Positions 46,395-56,776 of a stretch of DNA of 64,000 bases are shown here, one piece after another (within the stretch, counting starts at the first letter, position 1; each line of letters opens with the position of its first letter). The translations under genes were made by a program, and so were the position numbers. Below the pieces are notes generated by a model, which saw only the letters and a list, made by a program, of their open reading frames with translations, was not told the DNA's origin and did no database searches. Source of the DNA: Candidatus Saccharimonadota bacterium (lineage in GTDB: Bacteria > Patescibacteriota > Saccharimonadia > Saccharimonadales > Saccharimonadaceae). The DNA lies in the NCBI GenBank assembly GCA_030531645.1, contig JAUNNB010000002.1, forward strand, positions 8,988 to 72,987. The letters run 5' to 3'.

Positions 46395-49300
46395 TTAGAC
46401 ATCTGCGAGATCTGAAGCGCTTGGCTCAGCATTTGCTGCTGCAGCGGCTTCGGCCTCAGCTTCTGCTTCAGCGGCGGAAGCGGAGTATTCGATTTCGTTG
46501 CCAGTTTCAAGTGGAACGATACCGGTGCCTACAGGAATCTTGCGACCGATGATGACATTCTCTTTGAGACCATGGAGCTTATCGACACGACCGTTGATGG
46601 CGGCGTTAATAAGAACACGGGTTGTATCCTGGAAGGATGCAGCAGAAAGGAACGAATCGGACCAGATAGAGACCTTGGTAATACCGAGGAGGAGGCGAGT
46701 AAACTCAGCAGGTTTCTTGCCAGATTTCTCGACTTCTTTGTTCTCGGCGGTGACGGCTGCGAGAGAGACGATATCGCCAGCGACAAAGCTTGTGTCGCCA
46801 GGTTCGTCAATCATCACACGGCTGAACATCTGACGAACGATAATCTCAAGGTGTTTGCTTGAAATTTCGTGGCCCTGAGCGGCGTAAACTGCGAGGACAT
46901 CGTTCATAATGTAACGTGCAGTAGCTTCGGCACCCTTGAAGCGGAGTTGGTCTTGGAGGTTCAAAGAACCGGTTGTGAGACGGTCACCTGCTTCAACAGT
47001 ATCACCGGATTTAACGAGCATTTCAGCGTCGCCAGGAATCTCGATGCGGACTGGGCCACCAGCGTTAGCGGTGAGCACAATACCACCTTCAACGAGCTGG
47101 GCGATGCCATCAAAGCTTGCGAAGATTGGGTCGACACCTTTGTTGCGTGATGCGATGAGGTCACCAGTTTTAACTGATGTGCCATCTTTCACCTTAGCGC
47201 GACGGCCTTCGAGCTCGACTTTTTCAGTCTTGCCAGCGATAGGGGTGATTTCAACTACATAGTGATTGCCATCTTCCCAAACATTACAAGTACCGTCGAT
47301 GGTTGCAATCCAAGCCTGACCTTTAGGGCTACGGGCTTCGAGAAGCTCCTCAACACGAGGAAGACCACGTGCGATAGCACCAGAACCTGCAACACCGGAA
47401 CCGTGCTTGGTATCGAGGGTAAGCTGAGTACCAGGCTCACCGAGAGACTGAGCGGCAATAACACCTACAGGCTGGTCGGCAGCGACGAGTTCACGAGTGG
47501 ACATATCGATACCATAAGCCTTGCGAGGGATGCCGTCGACAGCGGTAGTGGTGAGAACGGACTGGATTTTAACAGATTCAATCTTTTCATCAGCTTCGAT
47601 TTGGTCAGCAATTTCCTTGGTGATGAGCTCATCTGCTTCAAGATAACCTGGGACAGGTTCAGCAGTGTAACGACCATAGATACGCTGAGCGAATGGAAGT
47701 GAAGTTTCTTCAGTCTCTGAGCGGAATACTTCAAAGCCTGGATCTTCGGCTACTTCGTTAGTAGTGAAGGCATCCTGAGCCACATCGACGAGACGGCGGG
47801 TAAGATAACCGGAGTCTGCAGTACGAAGAGCGGTAGACACCTGACCCTGGCGAGCACCTCGGGTTGCGATGAAGGATTCGAGGGTGTTGAGACCATCTTT
47901 ATATGAAGATTTAACAGGAAGCTCGATTTCGTTGTTGTTAATATCGACCATGATACCAATTTCTGCGGATGCGAGCTTGATGTTGGAAACGGAACCACGA
48001 GCGCCGGAGTTGACCATCACTGCGATATCGGTATCCATTTCAGAGAGTTTCTCTTTGAGGAAGTCTGAAATCTTCTTATCAATATCACGCCATGAGGCAA
48101 CAATGAGCTTGTAGCGTTCTTCGTTGGTAACGAGACCTTGGTTGAACTGATCCTGAATGAGGGCAGCCTTGGAATCACCTTCGGCGATGAAGTCCTGGAT
48201 TTCAGGATAGGTTGGGTAGTCATCCTTACAAGTAGAGACAGATGCGATAGTTTCGTACTCGAATGCGAGATTCTTGATTTTATCTGCTGTCTCGACGGTG
48301 ACTTCCCCACCATAGTTATCAAAGACGTTAGCCATGACTTTCTTGAGCTGCTTAGAAGTCTGGACTGAGTTATCGAATGGATAATCTTCAGGGAGAACTT
48401 CGTTGAAGATGACGCGACCGAGGGTCGTATCACGGATTTCTTTCTTAGCGAACACGCGAATTGGGGTTTGAAGCTCAATATCGCCGTTGTCGTAAGCCAT
48501 TTCAGCTTCGTAGATAGAGCTATATGCCTTTACTTCCTTAGTTTCAGTACCGACCTTATCGTAGGTGAGGTAGTAGATACCGAGGACGACGTCCTGGTAA
48601 ATAGCAAGCACAGGGGCGCCATCAGCAGGTTTCAAGAGGTTCTTGGTAGCGGACATAAGTTCGCGAGCCTCAGCCTGAGCCTCATCAGAGAGGGGAAGGT
48701 GGACAGCCATCTGGTCGCCATCGTAGTCAGCGTTGAAGCCGGATGCTACGAGTGGGTGGAGTTGGATTGCTTTACCATCGATAAGTTTTGGTTGGAATGC
48801 CTGAATAGAGAGGCGGTGAAGAGACGGAGCACGGTTCAAGAGAACGCGGCGACCCTTAATTACCTCATCGAGTGCATCCCAGACGATAGCATCACCGTTT
48901 TCAATCATACGGGAAGCTGCGCGTGGGTTGGCGGCATGTTCATTATTGGTGAGCCATGAGACCACGAACGGTTTGAAGAGTTCGAGAGCCATCTGTTTTG
49001 GCAAACCACATTCGTTAAGTTTTAGATCTGGACCGACCACAATCACGGAACGACCGGAGTAGTCAACACGCTTACCGAGAAGGTTCTGGCGGAAGCGACC
49101 TTGCTTACCTTTGAGGAGGTCAGACAAAGATTTGAGCTTGCGGCGACCATTCTGTGAGTTAGCTTGACGACCATGAGCGGCATTGTTGTCGATAAGTGAG
49201 TCGACAGCCTCTTGGAGCATACGCATTTCGTTGTGAATAATCACTTCTGGTGCGTTGAGGTCCATGAGTTTCTTCAAGCGATTGTTACGGTTGATAACAC

Positions 49301-50282
49301 GACGATAGAGGTCGTTAAGGTCAGATGTAGCGAAACGACCGCCAGGAAGGCTAATCATTGGGCGTAGATCTGGTGGGATAACTGGGATGACCGTAAGAAT
49401 AAGGTCAGTAGGGTTAATACCAGCAGCTTTCATACCCTCAATGAGTTTGAGGCGCTTGATAGCTTTCTTCTGCCTTTGACCCTTGGTGTTTTCAGACTCA
49501 TTAGTGAGGTCTTCAATCATCTTATCAACATTGATTTCATCGAGCATCTGCTTGATGGCAGTTGCACCCATTTCAACGGTGATGAAATCTTCGTATTCTT
49601 CAGGGAGTTTGTCGCGGTAATCAGCCTCGGCAATAACTGCACCTTTCTTGAGGCCTTCGAGGATATTCTTGCGAGAAATGAAGTCGCTTTCGAGTTCTTC
49701 GATTTCCTTAGCTTCAGCTTCTGCAAGTTTCTTAGCATCGGCGCCTTCAGCCTTAGCCTCTTCTTCGTAGCGAAGTTTGATGGCCTGGGTTGCGGCATCG
49801 TGCTGTGCGATTAAATCGTTCAAAGTTTGGGCGATTTCGTCGTCTTTAGCGTCAACAATAAGATATGATGCAAAGTAAACGACTTTTTCGATATTCTTGA
49901 CGGTAAGGTCGAGAAGAAGGCTTAATGCAGAAGGTGAACCGTGCATGAACCAAACGTGTGCTACAGGGGCAGCAAGTTTGATGTGGCCCATACGTTCACG
50001 ACGTGCAATAGACTTAGTAACGAGATTACCATCTTTATCGACAGCGGCTTCGCGGGAGCGAACACCCTTGAGCTTGCTGTCATGTGGGTTAATGTCTTTG
50101 GTTGGACCAAAGATGCGTTCGCAGAACAAACCATCACGCTCAGGTTTCTGAGTACGATAGTTAATAGTTTCTGGCTTTGTGACTTCACCGTAGCTCCAGC
50201 TCAAGATGTCATCGGCGCTAGCAACGCTAAGACGAATTGAGTCAAAGTCGGAAGCTGAGATATGATTGTCCATCCAAGCCAT
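46395..50282 (-). CDS. rpoC: RNA polymerase beta-prime subunit
   Basis: RFRQNLLGKRVDYSGRSVI, NADYDGD and GLKENVIIG motifs; both Zn sites lack Cys. Confidence 0.98.
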   Translation of the reverse strand: MAWMDNHISASDFDSIRLSVASADDILSWSYGEVTKPETINYRTQKPERDGLFCERIFGPTKDINPHDSKLKGVRSREAAVDKDGNLVTKSIARRERMGHIKLAAPVAHVWFMHGSPSALSLLLDLTVKNIEKVVYFASYLIVDAKDDEIAQTLNDLIAQHDAATQAIKLRYEEEAKAEGADAKKLAEAEAKEIEELESDFISRKNILEGLKKGAVIAEADYRDKLPEEYEDFITVEMGATAIKQMLDEINVDKMIEDLTNESENTKGQRQKKAIKRLKLIEGMKAAGINPTDLILTVIPVIPPDLRPMISLPGGRFATSDLNDLYRRVINRNNRLKKLMDLNAPEVIIHNEMRMLQEAVDSLIDNNAAHGRQANSQNGRRKLKSLSDLLKGKQGRFRQNLLGKRVDYSGRSVIVVGPDLKLNECGLPKQMALELFKPFVVSWLTNNEHAANPRAASRMIENGDAIVWDALDEVIKGRRVLLNRAPSLHRLSIQAFQPKLIDGKAIQLHPLVASGFNADYDGDQMAVHLPLSDEAQAEARELMSATKNLLKPADGAPVLAIYQDVVLGIYYLTYDKVGTETKEVKAYSSIYEAEMAYDNGDIELQTPIRVFAKKEIRDTTLGRVIFNEVLPEDYPFDNSVQTSKQLKKVMANVFDNYGGEVTVETADKIKNLAFEYETIASVSTCKDDYPTYPEIQDFIAEGDSKAALIQDQFNQGLVTNEERYKLIVASWRDIDKKISDFLKEKLSEMDTDIAVMVNSGARGSVSNIKLASAEIGIMVDINNNEIELPVKSSYKDGLNTLESFIATRGARQGQVSTALRTADSGYLTRRLVDVAQDAFTTNEVAEDPGFEVFRSETEETSLPFAQRIYGRYTAEPVPGYLEADELITKEIADQIEADEKIESVKIQSVLTTTAVDGIPRKAYGIDMSTRELVAADQPVGVIAAQSLGEPGTQLTLDTKHGSGVAGSGAIARGLPRVEELLEARSPKGQAWIATIDGTCNVWEDGNHYVVEITPIAGKTEKVELEGRRAKVKDGTSVKTGDLIASRNKGVDPIFASFDGIAQLVEGGIVLTANAGGPVRIEIPGDAEMLVKSGDTVEAGDRLTTGSLNLQDQLRFKGAEATARYIMNDVLAVYAAQGHEISSKHLEIIVRQMFSRVMIDEPGDTSFVAGDIVSLAAVTAENKEVEKSGKKPAEFTRLLLGITKVSIWSDSFLSAASFQDTTRVLINAAINGRVDKLHGLKENVIIGRKIPVGTGIVPLETGNEIEYSASAAEAEAEAEAAAAANAEPSASDLADV

Positions 50283-50283
50283 A

Positions 50284-53200
50284 TTAGAGCTCCTCTCCGA
50301 GGTCAGTTGTGGCTTCTTCGTCAGAAATATCGAAGTCGTCCTCATCTACCTCTTTAATTGTTATTCCACTTTCTTCAAGTGCTTCCTCAGCTTCTTCAGA
50401 GGTGAGACTGATTGTATCGCCTTCAGATTCCTCTTCGAAGTTAGGGCTGTGTTTTGCGTAAATTAAACGATCATCTTGAGCGCGTTCGATTGCACGAGAT
50501 GTTTTCTCGATAGCAATATCGGCGTCAGTAGTTTCACCGTTATCAAGGAGGTCAACCTTGAGACCGAGACCTTGAAGTTCCTTAACGAGAACGTTGAAGC
50601 CTTCTGGGAGCTTTGGACCTTCGATAGATTGATTCTTGATAATAGATTCGTAAGCCTTAGCACGACCGTAAACATCATCAGACTTAATGGTGAGCATTTC
50701 CTGGAGGGTAGAGGCAGCACCATAAGCTTCGAGTGCCCACACCTCCATTTCACCGAAGCGCTGACCACCGTTCTGAGCTTTACCACCGAGCGGCTGCTGA
50801 GTGACCATTGTGTATGGACCAGTAGAACGAGCGTGAATCTTATCTTCGACCATGTGGTGAAGCTTAATCATATGCATGACACCAACGGAAGTTTCCTCGT
50901 TGAATGGCTCACCAGTGAGACCATCAAAGAGCTGGACACGACCGTTAGATTTGAAACCGGCTTTCTCGAGTTCTTTTGAGATAACTTCGTCAGAAACACC
51001 GTTGAAGGATGGGGTTGCGACCTCATAACCGAGAGCGCGTGCAGCCATACCAAGGTGAATCTCGAAGAGCTGACCGAGGTTCATACGAGAAGGCACACCC
51101 ATTGGTGAAAGTACGACATCGATTGGAGTACCATCAGCCATGAATGGCATATCTTCAACTGGGAGAATGCGGGAGACCACACCCTTATTACCGTGACGAC
51201 CAGAGAGCTTATCACCGACCTGAATCTTACGCATTTCAGCAACATAGATCTTAATCTGCATAAGGACGCCAGCTTTGAGCTCGTGGCCCTGTTCGCGGGT
51301 ATAGATACGAACGCCAACAACTTTACCAGAAGTGCCTGGAGTGAGGCGGACTGAAGTATCGCGGACTTCCTTGGCTTTTTCACCGAAGATAGCGCGGAGG
51401 AGGCGTTCCTCAGAGCTGAGCTCTTGCTCGCCCTTAGGAGTAATCTTACCTACGAGGATATCACCACCCTGAACTTCAGAACCAATGGTAACGATACCAT
51501 CTTCGCCGAGGTGACGGAGGGTATGTTCAGAGACATTAGGAATATCGCGGGTGACCTGCTCTGGTCCGAGCTTGGTTTCGCGAACTTCTACATCGTAATC
51601 TTTAATATTAATGGAAGTGAGGCTATCATCTTCAACGAGACGGCGTGAGATAACGATAGCATCATCCATGTTATAACCACGCCATGGCATGAAGGCAACG
51701 AGGAGGTTGCGACCAAGAGCGAGTTCGCCGTTCTTGATAGAGGCACCTTCGATGAGGATATCACCTTTCTTTACCTTATCACCACGGCTAACATTGACAC
51801 GCTGGTTGTAGCAGCGATCATCGTTAGTCTTTTCAAAGTGAACGAGTTTGTATTCTTTTTCACCAAGTTTGTCGTATTTGACGGCAACTGAGACACCGTC
51901 TGCCTTGACAACTTCACCTTTATCTTCGGCGATGACGAGTTGGGAAGTGTTGCGGGCAACTTCTTTTTCAATACCGGTACCAACGGTTGGAGCTTCAGTA
52001 GAAAGTAGAGGGACTGCCTGTTTCTGCATAGCGCAGGCCATGAGAGAGCGGTCAACACGGTTCTTCTCTACGAATGGGATGAGAGATGCGGAGACACCAA
52101 GAATTTCCTTGTGTGCGGCATCAACATGGGTAACACGGCTGGATTCCACCTGAGCAGGCTGACCGTGAACACGAGCAGATACCCATTCATCTTGGAATTT
52201 ACCATTTTTATCTAGTTTGACAGATGCATCAGCGATAATCATGTCTTGTTCAGCTGCAGCATCAACATAAACGACTTCATCAGTGACTTTGCCGTTCTTA
52301 ACTACGCGATATGGAGCTTCAATGAAGCCATATTCATTAACGCGTGCATAGGTAGCAAGGTTAAGCACGAGACCGACGTTACCACCTTCTGGGGTTTCTA
52401 CTGTACAGATACGACCGTAGTGAGTTGGGTGCGCATCACGGACATCGAAGCCAGCACGTTCACGAGTAAGACCGCCAGGACCCATAGAACTGAGACGACG
52501 CTTGTGAGTAAGCTCGCCGAATGGGTTGGTTTCATCCATAAGCTGTGAGAGCTGGGATGTAGCAAAGAATTCCTTAACTGCGGCCACAACTGGGCGTGAA
52601 TTTAAGAGCTGAGCTGGTTTGGCTTCAGCTGGGTCAGCCATAGACATGCGGTCGAGGATGTTGCGCTGCAAGCGGAGCATACCAAGACGGAATTGACGCT
52701 GAACGAGCTCGCCAACGAGTTTGACGCGGCGATTGCTCAAAGAGTCGATGTCATCGGCTGGATCCTGAGTATTGTTGAGACGAATGATTTCGCGAATGAT
52801 AGCGACGAGATCTTCCATCTGAAGAGTGCGGTGTTCACTGTCATTTGGCGTATCGAAACCAAGGCGTTGGTTAATCTTGTAACGACCAACACGAGAGTAG
52901 TCGTAACGCTTGTAATCAAAGAATGTGCGGTTAACGAGTTCGCGGGCGTTTTCGACAGTAGCGAGATCGCCTGGGCGAAGACGGCGGTAAACTTCGATAA
53001 GAGCTGCGGACTGACCGTTGGTATCATCCTTCTCGAGAGTTGCATCAATGTAGCTGATAGGACCGTTATCGATATCTGCAAATTTCTCTTTGATTTCGCT
53101 GTTCTTAGCGAGGCCAAGAGCACGGAAGAATGTTGTTACAGGGATTTTACGACGACGGTCAATCTTTACATAGATAGCGCCGCTGGTAGCCGTCTCGAAC

Positions 53201-53706
53201 TCGAGCCAAGCACCACGACCTGGAATAATCTTTGCACCGTAGTAATTCTTGGTGCCGATTTGTTCAGCACTGAAGAACACACCGGAGCTACGGATGAGTT
53301 GAGATACGACCACGCGTTCAGTACCATTGATAATGAAGGTGGCACGATCAGTCATCCAAGGATAATCACCGAAGTAGATATCCTGTTCGACGGTTTCACC
53401 AGTTTTCTTGTTGGTGAGTTCAGCTTTAACATGAAGCGGGGCTTCGTAGCTGACCATATTATATTTAGCTTCTTCGACAGTCATTACAGGTTCTTTGAAC
53501 TCGTAATCTGTGAATTTGAGGGCGAATTTCTGGCCGGTGTAGTCTTCAATCGGGTTGAGCTCGTTGAAAACTTCACGAAGTCCAGAACGCACAAAATCGT
53601 CCCAGCTGTCGCGCTGATGCGCCGTCAAATCTGGGACAGGCAGAGCTTGGTCTCCTTCAGTAAAAAAGACACGCTCAGCCTGCTTAGTAGGCTTTGAACT
53701 GCTCAC
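50284..53706 (-). CDS. rpoB: RNA polymerase beta subunit
   Basis: INGTERVVVSQL, THKRRLS, GDKLSGRHGNKG and GQRFGEMEVWALEAYG motifs. Confidence 0.98.
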   Translation of the reverse strand: MSSSKPTKQAERVFFTEGDQALPVPDLTAHQRDSWDDFVRSGLREVFNELNPIEDYTGQKFALKFTDYEFKEPVMTVEEAKYNMVSYEAPLHVKAELTNKKTGETVEQDIYFGDYPWMTDRATFIINGTERVVVSQLIRSSGVFFSAEQIGTKNYYGAKIIPGRGAWLEFETATSGAIYVKIDRRRKIPVTTFFRALGLAKNSEIKEKFADIDNGPISYIDATLEKDDTNGQSAALIEVYRRLRPGDLATVENARELVNRTFFDYKRYDYSRVGRYKINQRLGFDTPNDSEHRTLQMEDLVAIIREIIRLNNTQDPADDIDSLSNRRVKLVGELVQRQFRLGMLRLQRNILDRMSMADPAEAKPAQLLNSRPVVAAVKEFFATSQLSQLMDETNPFGELTHKRRLSSMGPGGLTRERAGFDVRDAHPTHYGRICTVETPEGGNVGLVLNLATYARVNEYGFIEAPYRVVKNGKVTDEVVYVDAAAEQDMIIADASVKLDKNGKFQDEWVSARVHGQPAQVESSRVTHVDAAHKEILGVSASLIPFVEKNRVDRSLMACAMQKQAVPLLSTEAPTVGTGIEKEVARNTSQLVIAEDKGEVVKADGVSVAVKYDKLGEKEYKLVHFEKTNDDRCYNQRVNVSRGDKVKKGDILIEGASIKNGELALGRNLLVAFMPWRGYNMDDAIVISRRLVEDDSLTSINIKDYDVEVRETKLGPEQVTRDIPNVSEHTLRHLGEDGIVTIGSEVQGGDILVGKITPKGEQELSSEERLLRAIFGEKAKEVRDTSVRLTPGTSGKVVGVRIYTREQGHELKAGVLMQIKIYVAEMRKIQVGDKLSGRHGNKGVVSRILPVEDMPFMADGTPIDVVLSPMGVPSRMNLGQLFEIHLGMAARALGYEVATPSFNGVSDEVISKELEKAGFKSNGRVQLFDGLTGEPFNEETSVGVMHMIKLHHMVEDKIHARSTGPYTMVTQQPLGGKAQNGGQRFGEMEVWALEAYGAASTLQEMLTIKSDDVYGRAKAYESIIKNQSIEGPKLPEGFNVLVKELQGLGLKVDLLDNGETTDADIAIEKTSRAIERAQDDRLIYAKHSPNFEEESEGDTISLTSEEAEEALEESGITIKEVDEDDFDISDEEATTDLGEEL

Positions 53707-53728
53707 TTTTCTCCTTACATTTAAGTTT

Positions 53729-53852
53729 AGTAATCTAGCGCCGAAGATTACTGCCTTACCTCACGGTTACCGCGCTAGATAACCGCCTCACAAGAAATAA
53801 GGCACACTCCTTCTTAGTGTATCATTATAACGCAAATGCAACACAATTGCAA
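53729..53852 (-). promoter_or_regulatory. rpoB promoter and structured leader with alternative pairings
   Basis: TTGCAA-17-TATAAT (53824-53852); two hairpins whose loops or arms are mutually complementary. Confidence 0.55.
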
Positions 53853-53918
53853 GAAGAATCTTAAATATCACTTTCTCGCTAGCGGGTTACCATCCGGACA
53901 GTCGCGAGAAGGCGATAT

Positions 53919-54812
53919 TTAAAGATTCTTTGACGATAGTTTACCATCGTCCTTAGCATTCTTTTGGGATTTGTAGTACTTAATTCCCTCTTTGGCGGCG
54001 TTGGCTTGGGCTTCTTGCTTCGTATTGCCGGTGCCGGTGCCTCTGACATGGCCACCGATGGTGAGCTGAATAGTAAATGTATGATTATGATCTGGGCCAT
54101 CGAGCTTGACGAGGTGATATTGTGGGATTTCACCATCAGTTTTCTGGGCGATTTCCTGGAGATGAGACTTAGGGTCGCGCCAGGCTTCTTCTTCGAGGAT
54201 TTGTGGCATATGAACTAATATATATTTATATACATGGCGTTTGGCGGCTTCATAACCTTGGTCAAGATAGATAGCGCCGGTTACGGCCTCGAAACAGTCG
54301 GCAACAAGTTTTTCATTGATGCGTTGACCGGCTGAGTTCTGCTGACCTTTGGACATGCGAATTAGATTAGTATAGCCGATTTCTTCAGAGGCGGCGAAGA
54401 TGGACTCTGTGCGGACAAGGCTAGCGCGCCAGGCTGTCATCAAGCCTTCCTGCTCATGGAAATGGCGGAAGAGGAAGTCTGATGTAACAAGTTCCAAGAT
54501 AGCATCGCCAAGATATTCTAGGCGCTCATTGTGCTCAATATGAGCTGAGCGGTGTTCGTTGACATAGCTACGATGAGTTAGTGCCGTAATAAATAGGCTT
54601 ACATCGTTAAACTCAAAGCCAAGGTGTTCTTTGGCGAAAGTTTGATATTTGTCGATGGTGTCTTTTGGGTATTTCTCATCAGGAAGGGTCTCCTCGTGTT
54701 TTTCACTGAGAGATTTGATGGTTTTTCTGATTTCTTCGATATTCAGGCCGTATTCGGCTGGATCGATTTCGACATCGCCACTAGGAACGACGGTTGGGTT
54801 GTATTTTTTCAT
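53919..54812 (-). CDS. rnc: Ribonuclease III (N-terminal extension)
   Basis: NERLEYLGDAIL signature; dsRBD DPKSHLQE...A.ANAA. Confidence 0.95.
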   Translation of the reverse strand: MKKYNPTVVPSGDVEIDPAEYGLNIEEIRKTIKSLSEKHEETLPDEKYPKDTIDKYQTFAKEHLGFEFNDVSLFITALTHRSYVNEHRSAHIEHNERLEYLGDAILELVTSDFLFRHFHEQEGLMTAWRASLVRTESIFAASEEIGYTNLIRMSKGQQNSAGQRINEKLVADCFEAVTGAIYLDQGYEAAKRHVYKYILVHMPQILEEEAWRDPKSHLQEIAQKTDGEIPQYHLVKLDGPDHNHTFTIQLTIGGHVRGTGTGNTKQEAQANAAKEGIKYYKSQKNAKDDGKLSSKNL

Positions 54813-54873
54813 TTTGCACCTTTCTGGGTCGTCTAGACGCTCGACTATTCAAGCGTCTAAGCGAACCTCGAAG

Positions 54874-55461
54874 TTAAACTTCGCCTGCACGGATTTTCTT
54901 ACGTGCGATTAACATTAATTTTTCAATATCTTCGTATTCGATAGCTTCTAGGGCATCTGTAAACGAGAACCATTTGATGGAATGCATCCACTTTTCTTTC
55001 TTAGGAGTCTCGTTGGCATCGACGGCACGTACTAGATAGACTTGAGTGGTCATAAGGACCAATTTGTCTGCGCGGCGGTACTTGAAATGGATTTTACCAA
55101 GCCAGGTCAATACGCTGATGTGTTGTAGACCGGCTTCCTCGCCAATTTCGCGAATAGCGGTGTCTTTGGCTGTTTCGCCCTGTTCGATATGTCCTTTAGG
55201 GATAGTCCAGCGATTCTTTGAGTCCTGAATCAAGAGAATCTCAATGTCCTTCTGGTCTGGGGTCATACGAAAGACGATACCGCCAGATGTTGGCTCACGG
55301 ACAATCTCTTGGATTACAGGTGATTTGCGGCCTTTGAGGCGTGAACGCAAAACATCAAAGCTATATTTCTTAGTAGTAGGACGATCTTCGTTCTTATTCT
55401 TTTGAGTCGGCTTCTTCTGATTTGGCTTTGGCTGACTTTTCTTCTGACTTTTCTGAGGCAT
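54874..55461 (-). CDS. NUDIX hydrolase
   Basis: Nudix box [24 protein letters not shown]. Confidence 0.9.
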   Translation of the reverse strand: MPQKSQKKSQPKPNQKKPTQKNKNEDRPTTKKYSFDVLRSRLKGRKSPVIQEIVREPTSGGIVFRMTPDQKDIEILLIQDSKNRWTIPKGHIEQGETAKDTAIREIGEEAGLQHISVLTWLGKIHFKYRRADKLVLMTTQVYLVRAVDANETPKKEKWMHSIKWFSFTDALEAIEYEDIEKLMLIARKKIRAGEV

Positions 55462-55906
55462 CTTCGGAATTTCCTTCCTCTCCGAGCCCGAGCTGGCGGA
55501 AGGCTGTGCCTAGCACACCGTTAACGAACTTCGAAGAATTATCTGAACCAAATGCCTTAGCGAGTTCGACTGCCTCGTTAATTGCTACCTTAGGTGGAAC
55601 AACACGAGTCTCGAGCTCGTAGAGTCCGATGCGGAGGACATTGCGATCAATCGCGGCGATGGTATCAATAGGCCATTCAGGGGCGAGAGGGCGCAACTCC
55701 TCATCAAGCTTGCGTATATTTTCAATAACTCCGTGTGTGAGTTCAAAAACAAATTCGGTATCACCTAAAGCTTTAGCATAGGGTTCAATGTTTTTGGCGA
55801 CAATGGTATCCGCATCGGCAGTTGCGTCGCCAGCTTGTAAACGAAACTCGTATTCGTACAAGCTTTGGAGGACTATGATTCTGCCGAGGTGACGATTACT
55901 CGCCAT
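55394..55906 (-). CDS. nusB: Transcription antitermination factor NusB
   Basis: [15 protein letters not shown] and [13 protein letters not shown]...FVNGVL motifs. Confidence 0.95.
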   Translation of the reverse strand: MASNRHLGRIIVLQSLYEYEFRLQAGDATADADTIVAKNIEPYAKALGDTEFVFELTHGVIENIRKLDEELRPLAPEWPIDTIAAIDRNVLRIGLYELETRVVPPKVAINEAVELAKAFGSDNSSKFVNGVLGTAFRQLGLGEEGNSEDASEKSEEKSAKAKSEEADSKE

Positions 55907-55908
55907 AA

Positions 55909-56133
55909 TTAAACACTTTTCTTGGCGGACTTGACTGTCTTTTTGCATTTGCAAGGCGTCTCACCACACTTCTTGCAAGCACAAGTTTTAACCTTTAGAT
56001 TAGGGGTCTTCTTTGCAGTTTCAAATGCTTTGACTGGGGATTTTTTGTTCACTGCGCGAGCGAGCTTCAAGCGAAGGTGGCTGCGGCGCAAACCAGTTTT
56101 TCTAGGACTGCTTTGTTTTTTAGGTTCAGGCAT
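55909..56133 (-). CDS. rpmF: 50S ribosomal protein L32 with Cys-rich C-terminal extension
   Basis: [20 protein letters not shown]-terminus; upstream of nusB; [13 protein letters not shown] tail. Confidence 0.85.
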   Translation of the reverse strand: MPEPKKQSSPRKTGLRRSHLRLKLARAVNKKSPVKAFETAKKTPNLKVKTCACKKCGETPCKCKKTVKSAKKSV

Positions 56134-56318
56134 TTTTGCTCCTTTTAATATCTAATTTGTTCTATAATACCACTTATTGAGGAGTATTTCAAGAGCCAAA
56201 AGTGGTTTTTATAGGTGTTTTTCTGAATAAACATAAAAATTATACAAAATGCTAGTAAAGTTTTTTAATTATGTTATAATAAGGTGTATAAACTAATAAA
56301 AATACGGAGAATAACCCC

Positions 56319-56771
56319 ATGTCAACAATTGACCAACAGTTTGTAGAATATATCGTAAAAACACTTGTAAATAATCCGGATAAGGTAAACATTGATCGCA
56401 ATATTGATGAAAAAGGCGTGCTTCTCGCTCTTTCCGTCGACCCAGAAGATGTCGGTCGCGTGATTGGTAAGCGTGGTGCTACTGCCCAGTCTATCCGCAC
56501 TTTGCTTCGTGCTCTTGGCACTAAGAATGATGCTCGTTACAACCTCAAGATTGTGAACTCTGATGGTGAGCGCATCTCTGGTGAGCGCCCAGAACATATT
56601 GAAACTGCTCCTGCTGATTATGAGCATACAGAGCCAACTGCAGTTCGTACTGCTGAAGACATCGATGCTGACGAAGATGCTACTGATGAAGGTGAGGAAG
56701 AAGCTGAGACTTCTGAACTCGCTGAGAAGACTCGTGCTGAGCTCGCAGATCTTGATGATTTAGATATTTAA
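56319..56771 (+). CDS. khpA: KH-domain RNA-binding protein (KhpA/UPF0109)
   Basis: DVGRVIGKRGATAQSIRTLL motif; acidic tail. Confidence 0.9.
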   Translation: MSTIDQQFVEYIVKTLVNNPDKVNIDRNIDEKGVLLALSVDPEDVGRVIGKRGATAQSIRTLLRALGTKNDARYNLKIVNSDGERISGERPEHIETAPADYEHTEPTAVRTAEDIDADEDATDEGEEEAETSELAEKTRAELADLDDLDI

Positions 56772-56776
56772 CAATT

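Noticed and set aside
52480-52560. Substitutions in the rpoB rifampicin-binding cluster (SQLMDETN...HKRRLSSMG)
   Set aside because: The key Gln, Asp, His, Arg and Ser positions appear retained; resistance cannot be inferred.
52693-53697. 334-aa plus-strand ORF and many other long alternative-frame ORFs (for example 28609-29298, 29271-29936, 59701-60381, 9300-9887)
   Set aside because: They lie antisense or out of frame within clearly identified genes, have no RBS or motifs, and are expected shadows of biased codon usage.
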